A DNA stretch of 63,696 nt, counting the filler, from Ministeria vibrans ATCC 50519 (lineage: Eukaryota > Protista > Filasterea): NCBI GenBank assembly GCA_943704425.1. It is 11 parts of 11 records of this genome, joined end to end, with 100 filler letters (N's around TTAATTAATTAA, not from the genome) between each part and the next. Parts side by side here need not be neighbours in the genome. Positions count along the whole stretch, not along the records: positions 1 to 25,886 come from CALSCP010001441.1; 10 more parts are not named here. One strand, 5' to 3'. Positions within the stretch are counted from its first letter, which is position 1. Every line of letters starts with the position of its first letter. The notes below the pieces were generated by a model. That model did no database searches, was not told the origin of the DNA, and saw only the letters and a list, made by a program, of their open reading frames with translations. Both the position numbers and the translations under genes were made by a program. Shown piece after piece: positions 1 to 13,277 of this stretch.

Positions 1-3000
1 ATAATCAAAGTGTGGAGCACTGCAAAAGGAACCAAAGTCAAGACACTCCCAACGACTAACTGGTACACTTATCTTCCCACTTGCACCTCTGACTTGTTAA
101 TCATTATTTGAAACGTGCATAGTCCCGTCGAGATTGAGCTCTCCGGTGAGCATCTTGTCGCGCACGCAGAAGACGGCACTCTCACGGAATGGTCCATCTC
201 GGAACTGGTGGCGTACGAATATTCACAACCGTTTCGTTCCTTCTTGGATTCACTCGGTTCTCTTTTGCAGTGCTCTTTCGTACGACGTTGCATTCTCCGC
301 TGCGATGAAACGTGGCTCAGTAAAGTGTCGGTCGATCAAAGTGCTGTTCTTGGGTGCGACCGAGGCGGGCAAGACGGCTCTGGTGGCTGCACTGCGTGGA
401 GAAGAGTTGCCGGACGAGGAAGACCGCTCCATTGCCACTCGCATGCACAAACTGCGAATGGTCTACAATGCGGGAGCGGGTGTGTTTGAGACTGTTCCAC
501 TGGACGAGTTGCGCCTGGCGAGTCTTCTTGCTGGACACGAGGNNNNNNNNNNNNNNNNNNNNNNNNNNNNNNNNNNNNNNNNNNNNNNNNNNNNNNNNNN
601 NNNNNNNNNNNNNNNNNNNNNNNNNNNNNNNNNNNNNNNNNNNNNNNNNNNNNNNNNNNNNNNNNNNNNNNNNNNNNNNNNNNNNNNNNNNNNNNNNNNN
701 NNNNNNNNNNNNNNNNNNNNNNNNNNNNNNNNNNNNNNNNNNNNNNNNNNNNNNNNNNNNNNNNNNNNNNNNNNNNNNNNNNNNNNNNNNNNNNNNNNNN
801 NNNNNNNNNNNNNNNNNNNNNNNNNNNNNNNNNNNNNNNNNNNNNNNNNNNNNNNNNNNNNNNNNNNNNNNNNNNNNNNNNNNNNNNNNNNNNNNNNNNN
901 NNNNNNNNNNNNNNNNNNNNNNNNNNNNNNNNNNNNNNNNNNNNNNNNNNNNNNNNNNNNNNNNNNNNNNNNNNNNNNNNNNNNNNNNNNNNNNNNNNNN
1001 NNNNNNNNNNNNNNNNNNNNNNNNNNNNNNNNNNNNNNNNNNNNNNNNNNNNNNNNNNNNNNNNNNNNNNNNNNNNNNNNNNNNNNNNNNNNNNNNNNNN
1101 NNNNNNNNNNNNNNNNNNNNNNNNNNNNNNNNNNNNNNNNNNNNNNNNNNNNNNNNNNNNNNNNNNNNNNNNNTCCTTCTTGTCTCCCGTGAGATTCTCC
1201 GTCTGGTCGGACCGGCGCTGGGCAGTCATCTCATGATGCCGCCTGACACGCCCGGTTTGTCCTTTTTCCAAGTGGGCAGCAGGGCCCGTCTCGGACTGTC
1301 GGCGGTGAGCACAGCGATGCACAAGGCCGTGCGTGACCGCACGCTCCCGTTGGAGATGGTGGCAGCACAGGATCTGGTTGGTCGCTGGGCGCGACTGGGC
1401 AACGTGCAACTCATGTCCAGTGTGGACGCGCTTGACTCACTCGAGCTCAACGACACGCCTCACATCACACTCGGTGGAATGATGCCGACTGCGGACGCGA
1501 TCCGCGACGGTCTCGTGCCCTATCTGGAGAGTGCTGCAGACATTCTTGTGTGTCGTGCAGATGCGACGAGTCAGCGGGTCTGCGACACCGACACGATTGT
1601 GTTTGACGTGCCACGTTTGATTGGGGCTCTGGAGCTGCTGTGTTCGGTGGTGATGGCGCAGTGGGGACGGGCAAAGAGCAAGCGTGCGCTGGCGATGTTG
1701 CGTGAGGTCGAAGCGGCGGGAAATGCGTGTGATCCCGCGTCCACTAGTCGCCTGCTCGCTGAGTTGACAGCAGCGCAGTGCGAGTCAGAGTGTGGTTTCC
1801 CAGCCGAGGTTGCCGAGTGGCTGGTTTGGACCGCTGCAAGAAGTCAGTCGAAGACACTTTTTGTCACACCCAGCGAGGCGGCCCCCAAGTCGCTTTCGCT
1901 GCTTCAGAAGTTCAGTCGCATGCTCAGGCCTCGGAAACCCGATCTCATTCCACTTCTCGCCGGCGCCGACGTCACTGACGTCCCTGCGTTTATGCTCTGC
2001 CTCGAGCGACTCAGCCTCGCTCTGCGTCGCGGCAAGCAACTCGTTGTGCCCATGCTTCTTCCCGCTCACGCACCCTTTCTCGATGCGCCCGTCTCCCATC
2101 CTGCTCAAGTGTTCCTCTACCAATTTATTCATGACGAGCTGCTCCCTGTCTCCCTCGCCACCTTCCACCTTCTCATGGTGGCGCTGTGGCGCGAGTCGCT
2201 CCTCAACAGCCCCATCCGCGCGACTCAGCGGTGCACCAACGCCATGACAATGGAGGGGTGCATTCCCCTGCGCTTGCGACTTAACGCAAACGAGTCGTTT
2301 GTGCGCATTGAGTTGACCGACGACAGTGACGCTGTTCGAGTGCAGCGTACTCTGGAGCGCATTTGTGTTGCCGTGTGCAACGGCACTCGCTCGCTGCGTT
2401 GGGGCTGGCGAGGCACACCCGTCCTTGTGCCCGCCCATCCCTTCAAGACGAATGCGCCCCTCTTCTCACCAGCGGATGTGGCACAGGCGAGTGAAGCACA
2501 TCGACGAGCAGACGTTGTAGGTGCAGAATTGGTGGCACATGTGGGGAAGGCACGCGTGTGCAACGAGCGACTGGAGCAGTGGTGGGTGGCGACACAGCCC
2601 CAAGGACGTAAGAATTGTTTTTCTTCTTGCTTTGTTAAAATGATTGTTTTCTCGTTTTGTAGATGTGGCGCTTCCACCAGGCTACACCCATGCCGCTGCA
2701 CTGGTTGTCGGAGTGAGCAAGTACCGCAGCACCAATAAGAAGAGCCTGCGTGGCTTTAAAGACCTTCCCGGTGTCGCCGATAGCGTCAAGCTTGTGTCTG
2801 AGCTGTGGCGACAACGCAAGTTTAGTGTGCGCTCTGTTTCTGATGTGGATGCCACTGACCAGTGGGAGGCAGTGACACGAACGCGTATTGAGAAGGCGGC
2901 TCTGGAGCTGTCGAAGGAGGCGGGGAAGCACACTGGTCGAGCTTCACTGCTGATTGTGCATTTGATTGGCCATGGAGTGAGTGACGGCCGCGGTGGCTTG

Positions 3001-3522
3001 GTGCTGAGCAATGCCATTACGACACCGAGTGACGAGCCATCATGCTTCAACCTTACTATACTGCGGGGCATTCTTGAGGGTCATGTGTGGTGGCGCGGGT
3101 GCAACGTGCTCGTCATCTGCGACTTCTGCAACTCTGGCGCGCTTGTCAAGAACGACATTGGCGCAGATCTGGCCGCACCTAGGCCAGGCTATGCCCGCCA
3201 GATTCTGACCAGTTCGCTCGACGACGCCAACGGCTACATCACGACAGATCTCTCACAGACGCAGCTGACGGAGCTTCTGGTGCGCGCACTGGGACCGCCA
3301 CACGAAGGGTTTGCGCCTGGCGAGACAGTCATCTCTGTGCGCGACCTGCGACGACGACTACAGGCAATGGCTCCCGCCGACATGGAGCAGGCACTCCTAG
3401 CAGGTCGCATCTGGAGTGATTGGGACGAGCCGCCCAACGAGGGCGACATTCTGCTGTACCGCGACGGCAGTGGCGTTGTCAGCGCTCCCGCATCGGCTCC
3501 TGCGCACACACCGACGCCGTAG
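1..3522 (+). CDS. WD40-Roc GTPase-COR-caspase (peptidase C14) multidomain protein; spliced, 5'-partial, spans N gap 543-1173
   Basis: WD40-like exons (IIKVWSTAKG; HAEDGTLTEWSI) and a Roc-type P-loop KVLFLGATEAGKTAL. COR-like motifs follow (IVFDVPRL, LVVPMLLP). A phase-1 GT-AG intron (about 2608-2661) joins this in frame to a C14 domain with ALVVGVSKY, HLIGHG (His) and VICDFCNSG (Cys). Confidence 0.72.
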
Positions 3523-3676
3523 TCCTCACAATGCGAATGTGTCTGTTCACCCACAATCATAAATTTGTACAATGCAGAAAAAGAAGAACACAAATCTTTT
3601 AAGAACTGATTGTTGATCAGGTGCAAATAAATCACACACTCACACCCACTGTCGCCCATTGTTTTTGTTACACTTG

Positions 3677-4884
3677 ATGGCCTCGGAAGACCCCTCTAAC
3701 GAACACGATCGCGAGCTCTTTCGGTCCGCCCCAATGAAGACATAGACGAAACCAATGTGAACTTGTCGTCTGTCGTAGGTTTGTCATTGACACACCAACG
3801 TCACTGCTGCACCGCAGCGATGACGACTCCCTGTCGTACATCAACCGAGGCCAGGCGTACCTCTTTGAAATGCGAGCCGTCGCGCGCCCCAAGAGCAGCC
3901 CCGCCACGGCAGCGCCGTCGCCCGACGCCCACCTGTCCGCCACTCTGCCGCCGCACGACGTTGCTCTGCCGCCTGTTGACGCCGCCGACGCTGCAATCGC
4001 TGCTCTTGAGGTCCTCAGCACCTTTGATCACATCCATCTGGGCGACGAAACGACGTCGCCCGGCGCCCACGGCAGTGGGGAGAGAAGTCGCCATCGTTCG
4101 CGCTCGCCGCGTTTCCGTTTGGGCACATCGTCGCAGGCTCCTTTGCCGTCGTCGTCGTCGTCGTCGCCTCCGTCGTCCACTCTCGTGCGCTCCGTCCTCT
4201 ACCTCACCTTTTACGACAAGCGTGATGAGGAGCGTGCCGCCGAGAACTGGCTCTACTGGACAACCACATCGTCCACGTCGAGTCCCGACACCAAACGAGA
4301 CACAGACCCAAGTGCACCCCCGTCACAACATCATCAGCAACAAACACCAGCACCAGCAGCGGCAGGTCTACCGCAAGGGATGACACCCGCCATTGAAGCG
4401 TCGTGTCCCAACAACACAATTCACAATGTGGTTCAGCTGTCGTACCACGCCCTCTCGTTCACCTGGGACACCGCCCGCCCCGCCTCACTCCACCTTCGCA
4501 TCAACTGTCTCTCAAGCGACTTCTACCCACAAAAGGGCGTCAAAGGAATCCCACTCAAGATTGTTGCTGACACCTATGCGCTCAGAGACGACGACAGCAG
4601 CAGTGGTGATCCCATTCCCTCGGGTGTGCCGCTCTCTCGTGCCTACTGCCAGATCAAGGTGTTTCGCGATCGCGGTGCCGAACGCAAAGCAAAGGAGGAA
4701 GAGAAACGTCTCGAGCGCGCACGACAAAAGGAGCTGGCCTCCGAATGCAGTGGGAGTAGTAGTAGTAGTAGCAGTGCGGCTGTGGCAGTGTCGGATGACG
4801 CTTCTTCGAAGTGTGCACCACGCGTGAAACGCGAAGCGGATGACACTGACGAAGAATCGACGTCTACCACTCAAACACCGACTG

Positions 4885-4927
<43 letters not shown>

Positions 4928-5786
4928 CAATTCGAATACGAAGGGCACCAACGCAACAACAACAACAGCAGCAGTCAGTGCTGACCGAAAGACTCTCTTC
5001 AAACGGGGCAATCGTCTCGCGCCCAAACCTACTCTGCACACCCTCAAACCCTCCTCAAAGACTTCCTCCTCTGCTGCCGCCTCTACTTCTTCGACTCCGC
5101 GCACCACAATTCCCTCTGAACCATCATTAGCACTGCTCCCCTCACCCACTCGTGACCTTCTCTCCACCACCAGCACAGTCTCAACGACAGCAGTAACAAC
5201 ATCATTATCACTGCCTCACTCTACATCCACCTCAGCGGCAAGTGCAGTCGCCCAATCAACTCTTGAAGCATTCCGTCCCACCTTTGTTGCTGCTCTCCTG
5301 CGCGCTGTCGAATCCATCCCGTCCTCTCCGACCACTCACCCAAATTCGGACTCTTGCGCTTCTTTGACGAGTGGTAGCAGTACGCTCCAAAAGAAACGCT
5401 CGCTTTCCAATCTTGACGACACCGAAGATGGTCTCGCCCAAATGACCATCACACGCGACGCCAAACATGCCCGTATCCAGCCCCTCCTTGTCCTCTATCT
5501 TCGTCGCTCGGTTGACGACCAGTCCTTCAAAGCACTCTATCTCTCCCAACTCACTCCCGAACATCTCCTCGAGAAGATCACCGCCAAATTCGCCCGTGAA
5601 CTCGCCCCGTCCACTGTCGTTCTGGGTGCACGCGAGCGCACCCGTCGCGGTCTCCTCGTCGACATTGACGAGGATTTCCTTGAACATCTTGATGGCGAAC
5701 GTCCCTTCCTCATTGACTTTGTCCCTCACTCGGCCGCTCTCCCCACCGAAGTCTATGCAGTCCTTTCGCTCGACAACAACGTCTAG
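3677..5786 (+). CDS. CP2/Grainyhead-family transcription factor (2 exons)
   Basis: CP2 motifs SLSYINRGQAY, INCLSSDFYPQKGVKGIPL and YCQIKVFRDRGAERK, plus a C-terminal dimerisation region (LYLR...FKALYL...GLLVDIDEDF). No SAM domain is evident, so it is Grainyhead-like. Confidence 0.9.
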
Positions 5787-5984
5787 TATATTACCATTAT
5801 TATTATTATGATTGTGCATTACAATACTCTGTAATCATGTGATCTATCTCCATATCTCGTGTATTAAGTAGATTGGATTGCCTTGTCTTTGTCTGACTAT
5901 CTCGATAATCTGTCACTGTTGTAAAATCAAAATTATTCGTCCAAGGTCAAATAAAATCAAATTTTTTATTCATATTCCAATTCA

Positions 5985-6098
5985 ATGGATATCATTCTCG
6001 ACGTCTGTGACACTCACTTCTTCACGCCCTACGTCTATGACGACTCGTGGCCCATCGACTCGTAAGGGACCTCCCATCCCAAACTGACGAAATAGAAT

Positions 6099-6156
<58 letters not shown>

Positions 6157-7325
6157 TCTCTCTCAAACTCTCTCTCAAACTCTCTGTCCGCCCACATACA
6201 CTCCCCGACGGTGTCACAGTATGTGTGCACCCCACTCTGCCTCCTCCCGCCCTGCAGTTCCTGCGTGTTTGTGCCTCTTTTCGTGTGGATGACCATTCTC
6301 TCACGTTTCTCGCTGTCCGCCAATGAAAAATCTCACCTCCCCAAACTCGCACTTAACCTCCTTCTCGCACTCTGCGCTGCGCCCCACCGTTGAAACTGAC
6401 ACTCTCGCACCGCGTCTCCGTGCGCATAGGTGGCAGCGGCAGCTCGTGTCGCTCCTGCTGATCACCAACGTGAGTAGCTATCTGCTCTACCTCACATTCG
6501 CGACCCTCAGCTACCTTTTCATGTTCGACAAAGAGCTCATGCGACACCCCAAGATCCTCCCGAACCAAATTGCCAAAGAAATGGTACGTCAAATGGAACT
6601 CGCTTTAGTGCACTCTCACACACTCACTCTCACTCTGTGTCGACTGTCCCCTCTTCCTGACACAGTGGGTCGCGTGCAGCTCCATTCCATTCATGTCGCT
6701 GCCCACGTGCCTCATTTTCCTGGCTGAAGTGCGTGGCCACTCGAGACTGTACTCGGGCATGGAAGAGTACGGCGTTCCCTTCTTCGCCATGAGCGCCTTC
6801 TTCTTCCTCTTCTTCACCGACATGTGCATCTACTGGATCCACCGCTGGCTGCACCTTCCCATCTTCTACAAGCACATCCACAAGCCGCACCACCGCTGGC
6901 TCGTCCCCACCCCGTTCGCCAGCCATGCCTTCCACCCCGTCGACGGCTTCCTCCAGTCCCTCCCTTACCACATCTACCCTTTCCTTTTCCCCCTTCACAA
7001 GGGCCTCTACCTCGGCCTCTTTATGTTTGTCAACATGTGGACCATCTCCATTCACGACAACAACTTCAAAGTACCAAACAAACTTTATTATTATGAAAAC
7101 AAAGGTCACTCACACTGACTTGACGTTCAGGTTCCATCTGCACTCGAACCGGCTGTCAACGGCGCCGCACACCACACAGACCACCATCTGTACTTCGACT
7201 ACAACTACGGTCAGTTCTTTACCCTGTGGGATCGCATTGGCGGCTCCTTCCGCTATCCCACCAGTCTCGAGGGAAACGGTCCCAAAGACGATCTTCTCAA
7301 GATCAACTCTCAAAAATCAAAGTAA
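5985..7325 (+). CDS. SC5D: Sterol C5-desaturase (lathosterol oxidase/ERG3), multi-exon
   Basis: His boxes [29 protein letters not shown] and [26 protein letters not shown]; GT-AG introns. Confidence 0.93.
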
Positions 7326-8103
7326 ACTACACTCTCATTATACCTTTTTTCTACTTCTTTGTTTGTTCAAGTATAGTGTTTAAGTTAAGACGTGAGAAGA
7401 CGTATTGTTAATTCATTCATTTTGTTATTGTTGCTGTTGTTGATTGGACGACACAATGGAATCCAAATAATTGAAAAAGTGCGTCAATTTCTGCTGGCGT
7501 TGTCACCGCTCTGCACGGATCGCAACACCCGAAATGCCAGCCGGCTTAACCTCCGGTGATATCGTACTCGTGTGGCGGTACAAATCAGTTCAAAAAGTGC
7601 GGGTTTTTCTCAACACTATGAAACTATGAAAAGGTGTGCTGCAAAGGGATGGTGTGCATGAAACGTTGACGATAAAACAATTTGGTGGCATTTACTGTGC
7701 TGCATTGCTGCGCTGGTACGTGTGCCGTGTCGCGAGGCAACACAAAAAATGTCAGCTCGACTGTTTGCTCGGAAGTTTCCTCGGAAGCACTTCCTCCTTG
7801 AGGTATCACTCATTTATCACTCACCACTTCAGAATATGTGCACTAAGAAACGTAACTCACTCAGGCGTTGGTTTGGGAGGTGTGTGGGGCAGAGCTTGCA
7901 GATAAATCGAGCCAGACGTGTTGACGGCATACTGTTAGAGTGTAAAGGTAAAGCTCTGTAACATATATTTGCACCAACAATGAAAAAAAAAACAATTCGT
8001 ATTCGCTCGACACCTGAACCTCTCGGCCGTCGCATACATCTCTAAAGTTTCCTCAGCTAGTTCTGTGTGCATCATTATCGTAATTATTTTTTTGCATTTC
8101 TAA

Positions 8104-9026
8104 TCATGGACATGTGCCCCACACGGGACGAGGGAGTGTCCACTGGGAGGCACCATAGTCGAAGTTGGTTGGCGGCGAGACGATGTCACCGACACACCAC
8201 GACGACAAGTCTTGGTCAAACGACGAGGCCAAGTAGAACATCTCTGACATGTCAGTGACCTACAAGCACCCAAGAAAATAGTACCGTTTAATATAATTAT
8301 ATTTTGTCCTTGAACCATCATTCTATTATATTAACTCACTGAGCTTGTGTTCCAACTGTCAAGCGGCTGGTTGAACGAAGAGGCCTCTCTAAACATCCGA
8401 GAGGTGTCGGTGACCTATGACAGAGAACACACCAACACACATGCGTGTCACTAATTACCACTGATGCAAATTTTCACTCAAGGCTCACGCACCAATTTTG
8501 TGTCCCAGCTTCTTATTGATTGGTTGAACGAAGTGCAACCTTGGAACATTCGAAACATTGTCACAACCTACACCAGAGTGTTCACGAACTCGGAAAGATA
8601 CAACGACATGACTACATCTTTAGCTTCTTACTGAACTTGTGTTCCAAGAATCGATTGATTGGTTGAAAGAAACAGCGCGGTAAAACGTTTGGTCCATATT
8701 GGTGACCTTTTGCCACCAAAAAAAAATGATCAGAACATCTCTCTCATTTTTGTCATCATAAATATTAAAGATATAATAATGTTTTCCAGCTTACCAAACT
8801 CGTGTTCCAGCGAAAGAGCGGTTGGTTAAATTTCTTGGCGCCCCAAAACATGCAATAGAGGGAAGTGATCTAAAGTAAGAGAAGAGAGCAAATTAATTTA
8901 TTAATTTATTATTAAAGAAACACAAAAATATTTTAATATTGTAACCCTTACGTTGTCTGTGTTCCAACTGTCGAGTGGCTGATTAAAGGCTGTCGCACGT
9001 TGAAACATACAATGCAACGATGTCAC
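8104..9026 (-). CDS. DUF285 (BspA-like) repeat protein, 3' part: five 75-nt exons plus terminal exon
   Basis: Exons 8952-9026, 8795-8869, 8632-8706, 8493-8567 and 8340-8414 are each bounded by AG/GT and encode V-T-x-x-x-x-MF-x-x-A-x-x-FNQ-P/S-L/I-x-x-W-N/D-T-x-x. The last exon, 8104-8259, ends FDQDLSSWCV...LPRPVWGTCP*. Confidence 0.9.
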
Positions 9027-10186
9027 CTACACCGAAACCTTGCGAAATGGGGTCCAAAAATGCTTGTTCTGCTCGATGCTCGCTGAATGCGCACGTTTAA
9101 TTTCATATTGTGACCACTTTTTATTTCGGTTCGTTGACTGCACCTCTTCAAGTCAACGGGACGGTTGTCTGAAAAAAAAGTTGAGAAGAAGGAGCGAGGA
9201 GAAACCGAGTAAAACTCAAGACCAAACTTTTTTTTCATTAGCAAAGAACCCGCATACACAACCAAATCGCCCTGCTCACCTCGAAACACATTGTGGCCAA
9301 TGTATTATCGTAGTTTGACCGTGAAGCCGGTCATAAAATATTGGGAACGTGTTGTAATTCGTCTGAATCAGTTTTGAACTCAACACAAGTAAAAACATAC
9401 GAAAGCCAAAAACGCAAACACCCGCGACTACTCCGACTTTCATAAAAAGGATTCATGAGCTGAAAACACAAGTCTTGAGTTCGACGTTGATATTGTCACT
9501 GAGACTGAAGATGGAAAAGCGCTTAAGTTTTTTTTAGTAAACAAATGTTTAAGGTTTACATGAGTCGGAGACTGAGGCAGAGGAAGAATGTTTCCTAGAG
9601 TGGCGAGTCTTTGGAGGGAGATAGTGAAGACCCTCTGTGTTATAATTATATGAATTAGATATGAATTAGATCGAACCCAGCAGTGCTCGACTCGAACTTT
9701 CAGGGGTTCGAGGGGTTCGATCTACGTTCGATCCGGGAATGATCGAACTTTCGAATCGAACCGTTCGAACTGGCTCTGATCCTCAAACTATAAACTATTT
9801 CTTTTCTATCTTGTCCTTTTGTATTTTGTCTTGTTTGGGCAGTGAATAGTGAATACAACTGACAACGCTTTCTACTCTATTTCTTCTCCAAAGTTCTCTT
9901 ATTTCTTTTCTTAATTTCTTCTTAATTTCTTCTATTTCTTCTCTTCTAAGCCTCCTCTGGGGGTATGGCGTACCATTGCGATTGCCTCACTGGATAGCGT
10001 CGACACAGCACTATGACCTGCCACTGTTCTCCCATGTTACCTCTAGAGTTTCGGTCGAGTTTGCAAGGCGGTCTGGCTGTGTCTTCGCGTGGTGACTGTA
10101 TCATTAATAAATGGGTTGTACTCTTCTTCTTCTATTTCTTCTCTTATTTTTTTTATTTCTTTGATTCTTTCCGCCCTCAGCAAAGC

Positions 10187-11635
10187 ATGTCCGCGCCTAT
10201 TTCCAACACGTCGGCATTTCAAATGGATGTGAACAGTTTGAAAGCAAGGTTCGATCATATGATCATCGACATTATTGCTCACCCTCATCTTTGCAGCGTT
10301 CTTGCTTCTAAATCGCGTTCACTTGTTCGAATCACTACAAAGACCACCGTGAAGGAGGCTCTAATGCTTCTGTATTCAAAGTACGCACATCACAGGGAAT
10401 GTCTGAGAGAAGTGCGAGAACTCGCGCTCATCCTCAGAACTCGCACTCATCCTGATTACTCCGTACTCGCACTCATCCTGAGAACTCGTGTCTCGGTTGT
10501 TTTTTTGTTTTTCTCTGCAGCAACATTCTTTCCGTCCCAGTCTACGACGAGGATGAAAGTAGATTCATTGGCATTCTTGCACTTTTGGATATTATGGCCT
10601 ACGTGGCGTTTGGTCTGACCGAAATGGGCACCTTTGAAGATCGCGATATCACATTTTCACTCTTTGCGGAGGAGCGATTCTCGCTGAAACCCGCACACGA
10701 GCTGCTGGGCTTGACTCCTGAAGGACGCTCAGAAGACTCGCCTGTACCCATTGTCCACATTTTTGACGAAGAAGCTCGCGTCATGAAGGTGCTACACAAG
10801 TTTTCAACGGGCCAGAACCATCGCGTGCTTGTCGATTTTGGTCGACGCTTGTTTGTCCTACCCTGGCACGTGTATCGCGTGGCTTCGCAGACAGACGCGC
10901 TCGCTTTTATTGCGCACTACCGTCGCCGTCACCACTACGTTGTGCACGGCTCTCTCGCCGAGCTGGGGCTCATCGACCGCAATCAACAGCTCCTGAGCGT
11001 GCCCGACTCCACACAGACTGTCAAGGCATTCCGCACCATGCTCGAACACAATATCAGTTCGCTGTTGATTCTGCGTGAGAATGGCTCAGTCTTTGGTAAG
11101 GAAAAGAGAGAGTAAGGATTGCTTCATCTTACGCATCTGTGTGCTCCTGTGTTTGTAGGAACACTGAGCACGAGTGACCTTCGTCACATTACCGAAGTGT
11201 CCTTGCCAACATTGCTGCTCCCAGTCGAGACGTTTATCAAACACGTTCGTCACAGCGGTGGTACAAGCTACGTGTGGTGGCCAACGGAGAGGGTAAAAAT
11301 AAAAATTAAGAACAGTTATTGTCGATGCACCTTCTGACGGATACAATATTTAGGCGTCTCTGGCTGATATTATAGACTACATGGTGCGCTATCGCCACCA
11401 CCGTGTCTGGGTCGTGGACGATACTGAACCCGATGCCAAGAGAGCGGTTGCTGTCGTCACTCAGACGGATATTATCCGACATTTTGTCAAGAGTGTCCAA
11501 TCGAGCGATGATTGTCCAGAAACGCTTCTTGAGTCTGTCGACCCACTGGCGACAAACGAAGAACAAGCAACTCCGGTGACTGAAGCGGGGGTCAGCGACA
11601 CTACCAGGACCGAGACGGTAGCTGGTGATACCTAA
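10187..11635 (+). CDS. CBS-domain protein (AMPK-gamma/Sds23-like), multi-exon
   Basis: CBS motifs TTVKEALMLL / ILSVPVYDE / FIGILALLDI, VKAFRTMLEHNISSL / GTLSTSDL, and HHRVWVVD...VVTQTDII. Confidence 0.8.
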
Positions 11636-12068
11636 AAAGAAGAGAGCAGTTTATTCCAGCGGACCTTTCGATTCTACAAAAAATNNNNNNNNNNNNNNNN
11701 NNNNNNNNNNNNNNNNNNNNNNNNNNAGTCTTATTTTGTAAAATTAAAAAAAGATTCCTTTTTGCAGAATCGTATCCTTTCACTATGATGGTAGTACATG
11801 TCAGGTTACCATAAATACCACCACGTCGCAGGACAACAGACCAGGCCAAGGCCGTATAAACAACGATGTTTCCCAACTCCATGTTATTTTCATTTGCACA
11901 AACGAAAAGCGAAGGACAACATTAACACAAATTAAGCACGATAAAAAAAGCAGAGCCAGGTTGTTCCAAGAGCGCTAGCACATGGACACGGCATTGACAC
12001 AGACTCGTCAATGTTAGTGGCGCGCTGCGCGCCCGTATAGCGCAGCGCGCAAGTGCAGGCATATCCAT

Positions 12069-12540
12069 TCACGTTTCGAGAGTGAGCATGCGGTTGGTGA
12101 GATTGACGCGACGACACCGGTGCTCTCCGTACCGCAGACGCACAAGCTCGTACAGCGAGTTGGTGAGTGAGTTGGAGAAGAACTGCATCCGCTCGAGAGG
12201 CACTGTCTTCCAGTCGTAGGAGAAGCGGATGAACATGGTGCAGCAGTGTGCCACACTCGCCGCGTTCGTCTGGTTGAGCGGAAAGGGCGTGAAGTAGGTG
12301 CAGTTGTTGTTCTACACAGTAGAGATCAGATTATTGCCACTGGCCACCAAGAAATTAGCATACTTACGCCGACTGAGACAGAGCAGGTGTGGAAGTCCAC
12401 ACTAACTGTCCAGTCGACAAACTTGCTGCACCGCAACCGGGACACGGTTCAGTTGAGGATCTGTGTGCCGACGTGCTGCTTCACATGCTGGGGGCGCATG
12501 AAGGAGAGCTGCTGTTTCTGTTGTTGCTGGTTGGTTTTGC
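12069..12540 (-). pseudogene. Unidentified spliced gene fragment with an in-frame TGA
   Basis: Coding-like exons joined by a GT-AG intron read ...QILN*TVSRLRCSKFVDW...VG|NNNCTYFTPF...LTLET*. Confidence 0.35.
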
Positions 12541-12542
12541 CA

Positions 12543-12925
<383 letters not shown>

Positions 12926-12927
<2 letters not shown>

Positions 12928-13154
12928 CCCATGTACCAATTGGGTGGTTGAATTCAAAAGCGCTTTCAAACATGCGATGCATTGATGTGACCTGAGCGCA
13001 GATTTCGCGCATATCAGTACTGTACCATGGGGGATAATCAATTTCCTCTCTACTTACTGAGCTTGTGTTCCAACTGTCAAGTGGTTGATTGAACGAAGAG
13101 GCCTCTTGAAACATGCTAGACATGGTTGTGACCTAAAAACGACAGCTCAATTAG

Positions 13155-13189
<35 letters not shown>

Positions 13190-13230
13190 GAAGAAGAAGA
13201 ATACAACCCATTTATTAATGATACAGTCAT

Positions 13231-13277
<47 letters not shown>

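Noticed and set aside
8340-9026. Regularly spaced repeats resembling a CRISPR array
   Set aside because: The repeats are degenerate at codon level, bounded by AG/GT, and translate to DUF285 units; the 'spacers' are introns. No cas genes are present.
9132-9158. CGTTGACT...AGTCAACG hairpin as a Helitron 3' end
   Set aside because: No CTRR terminus lies at the expected distance on either strand.
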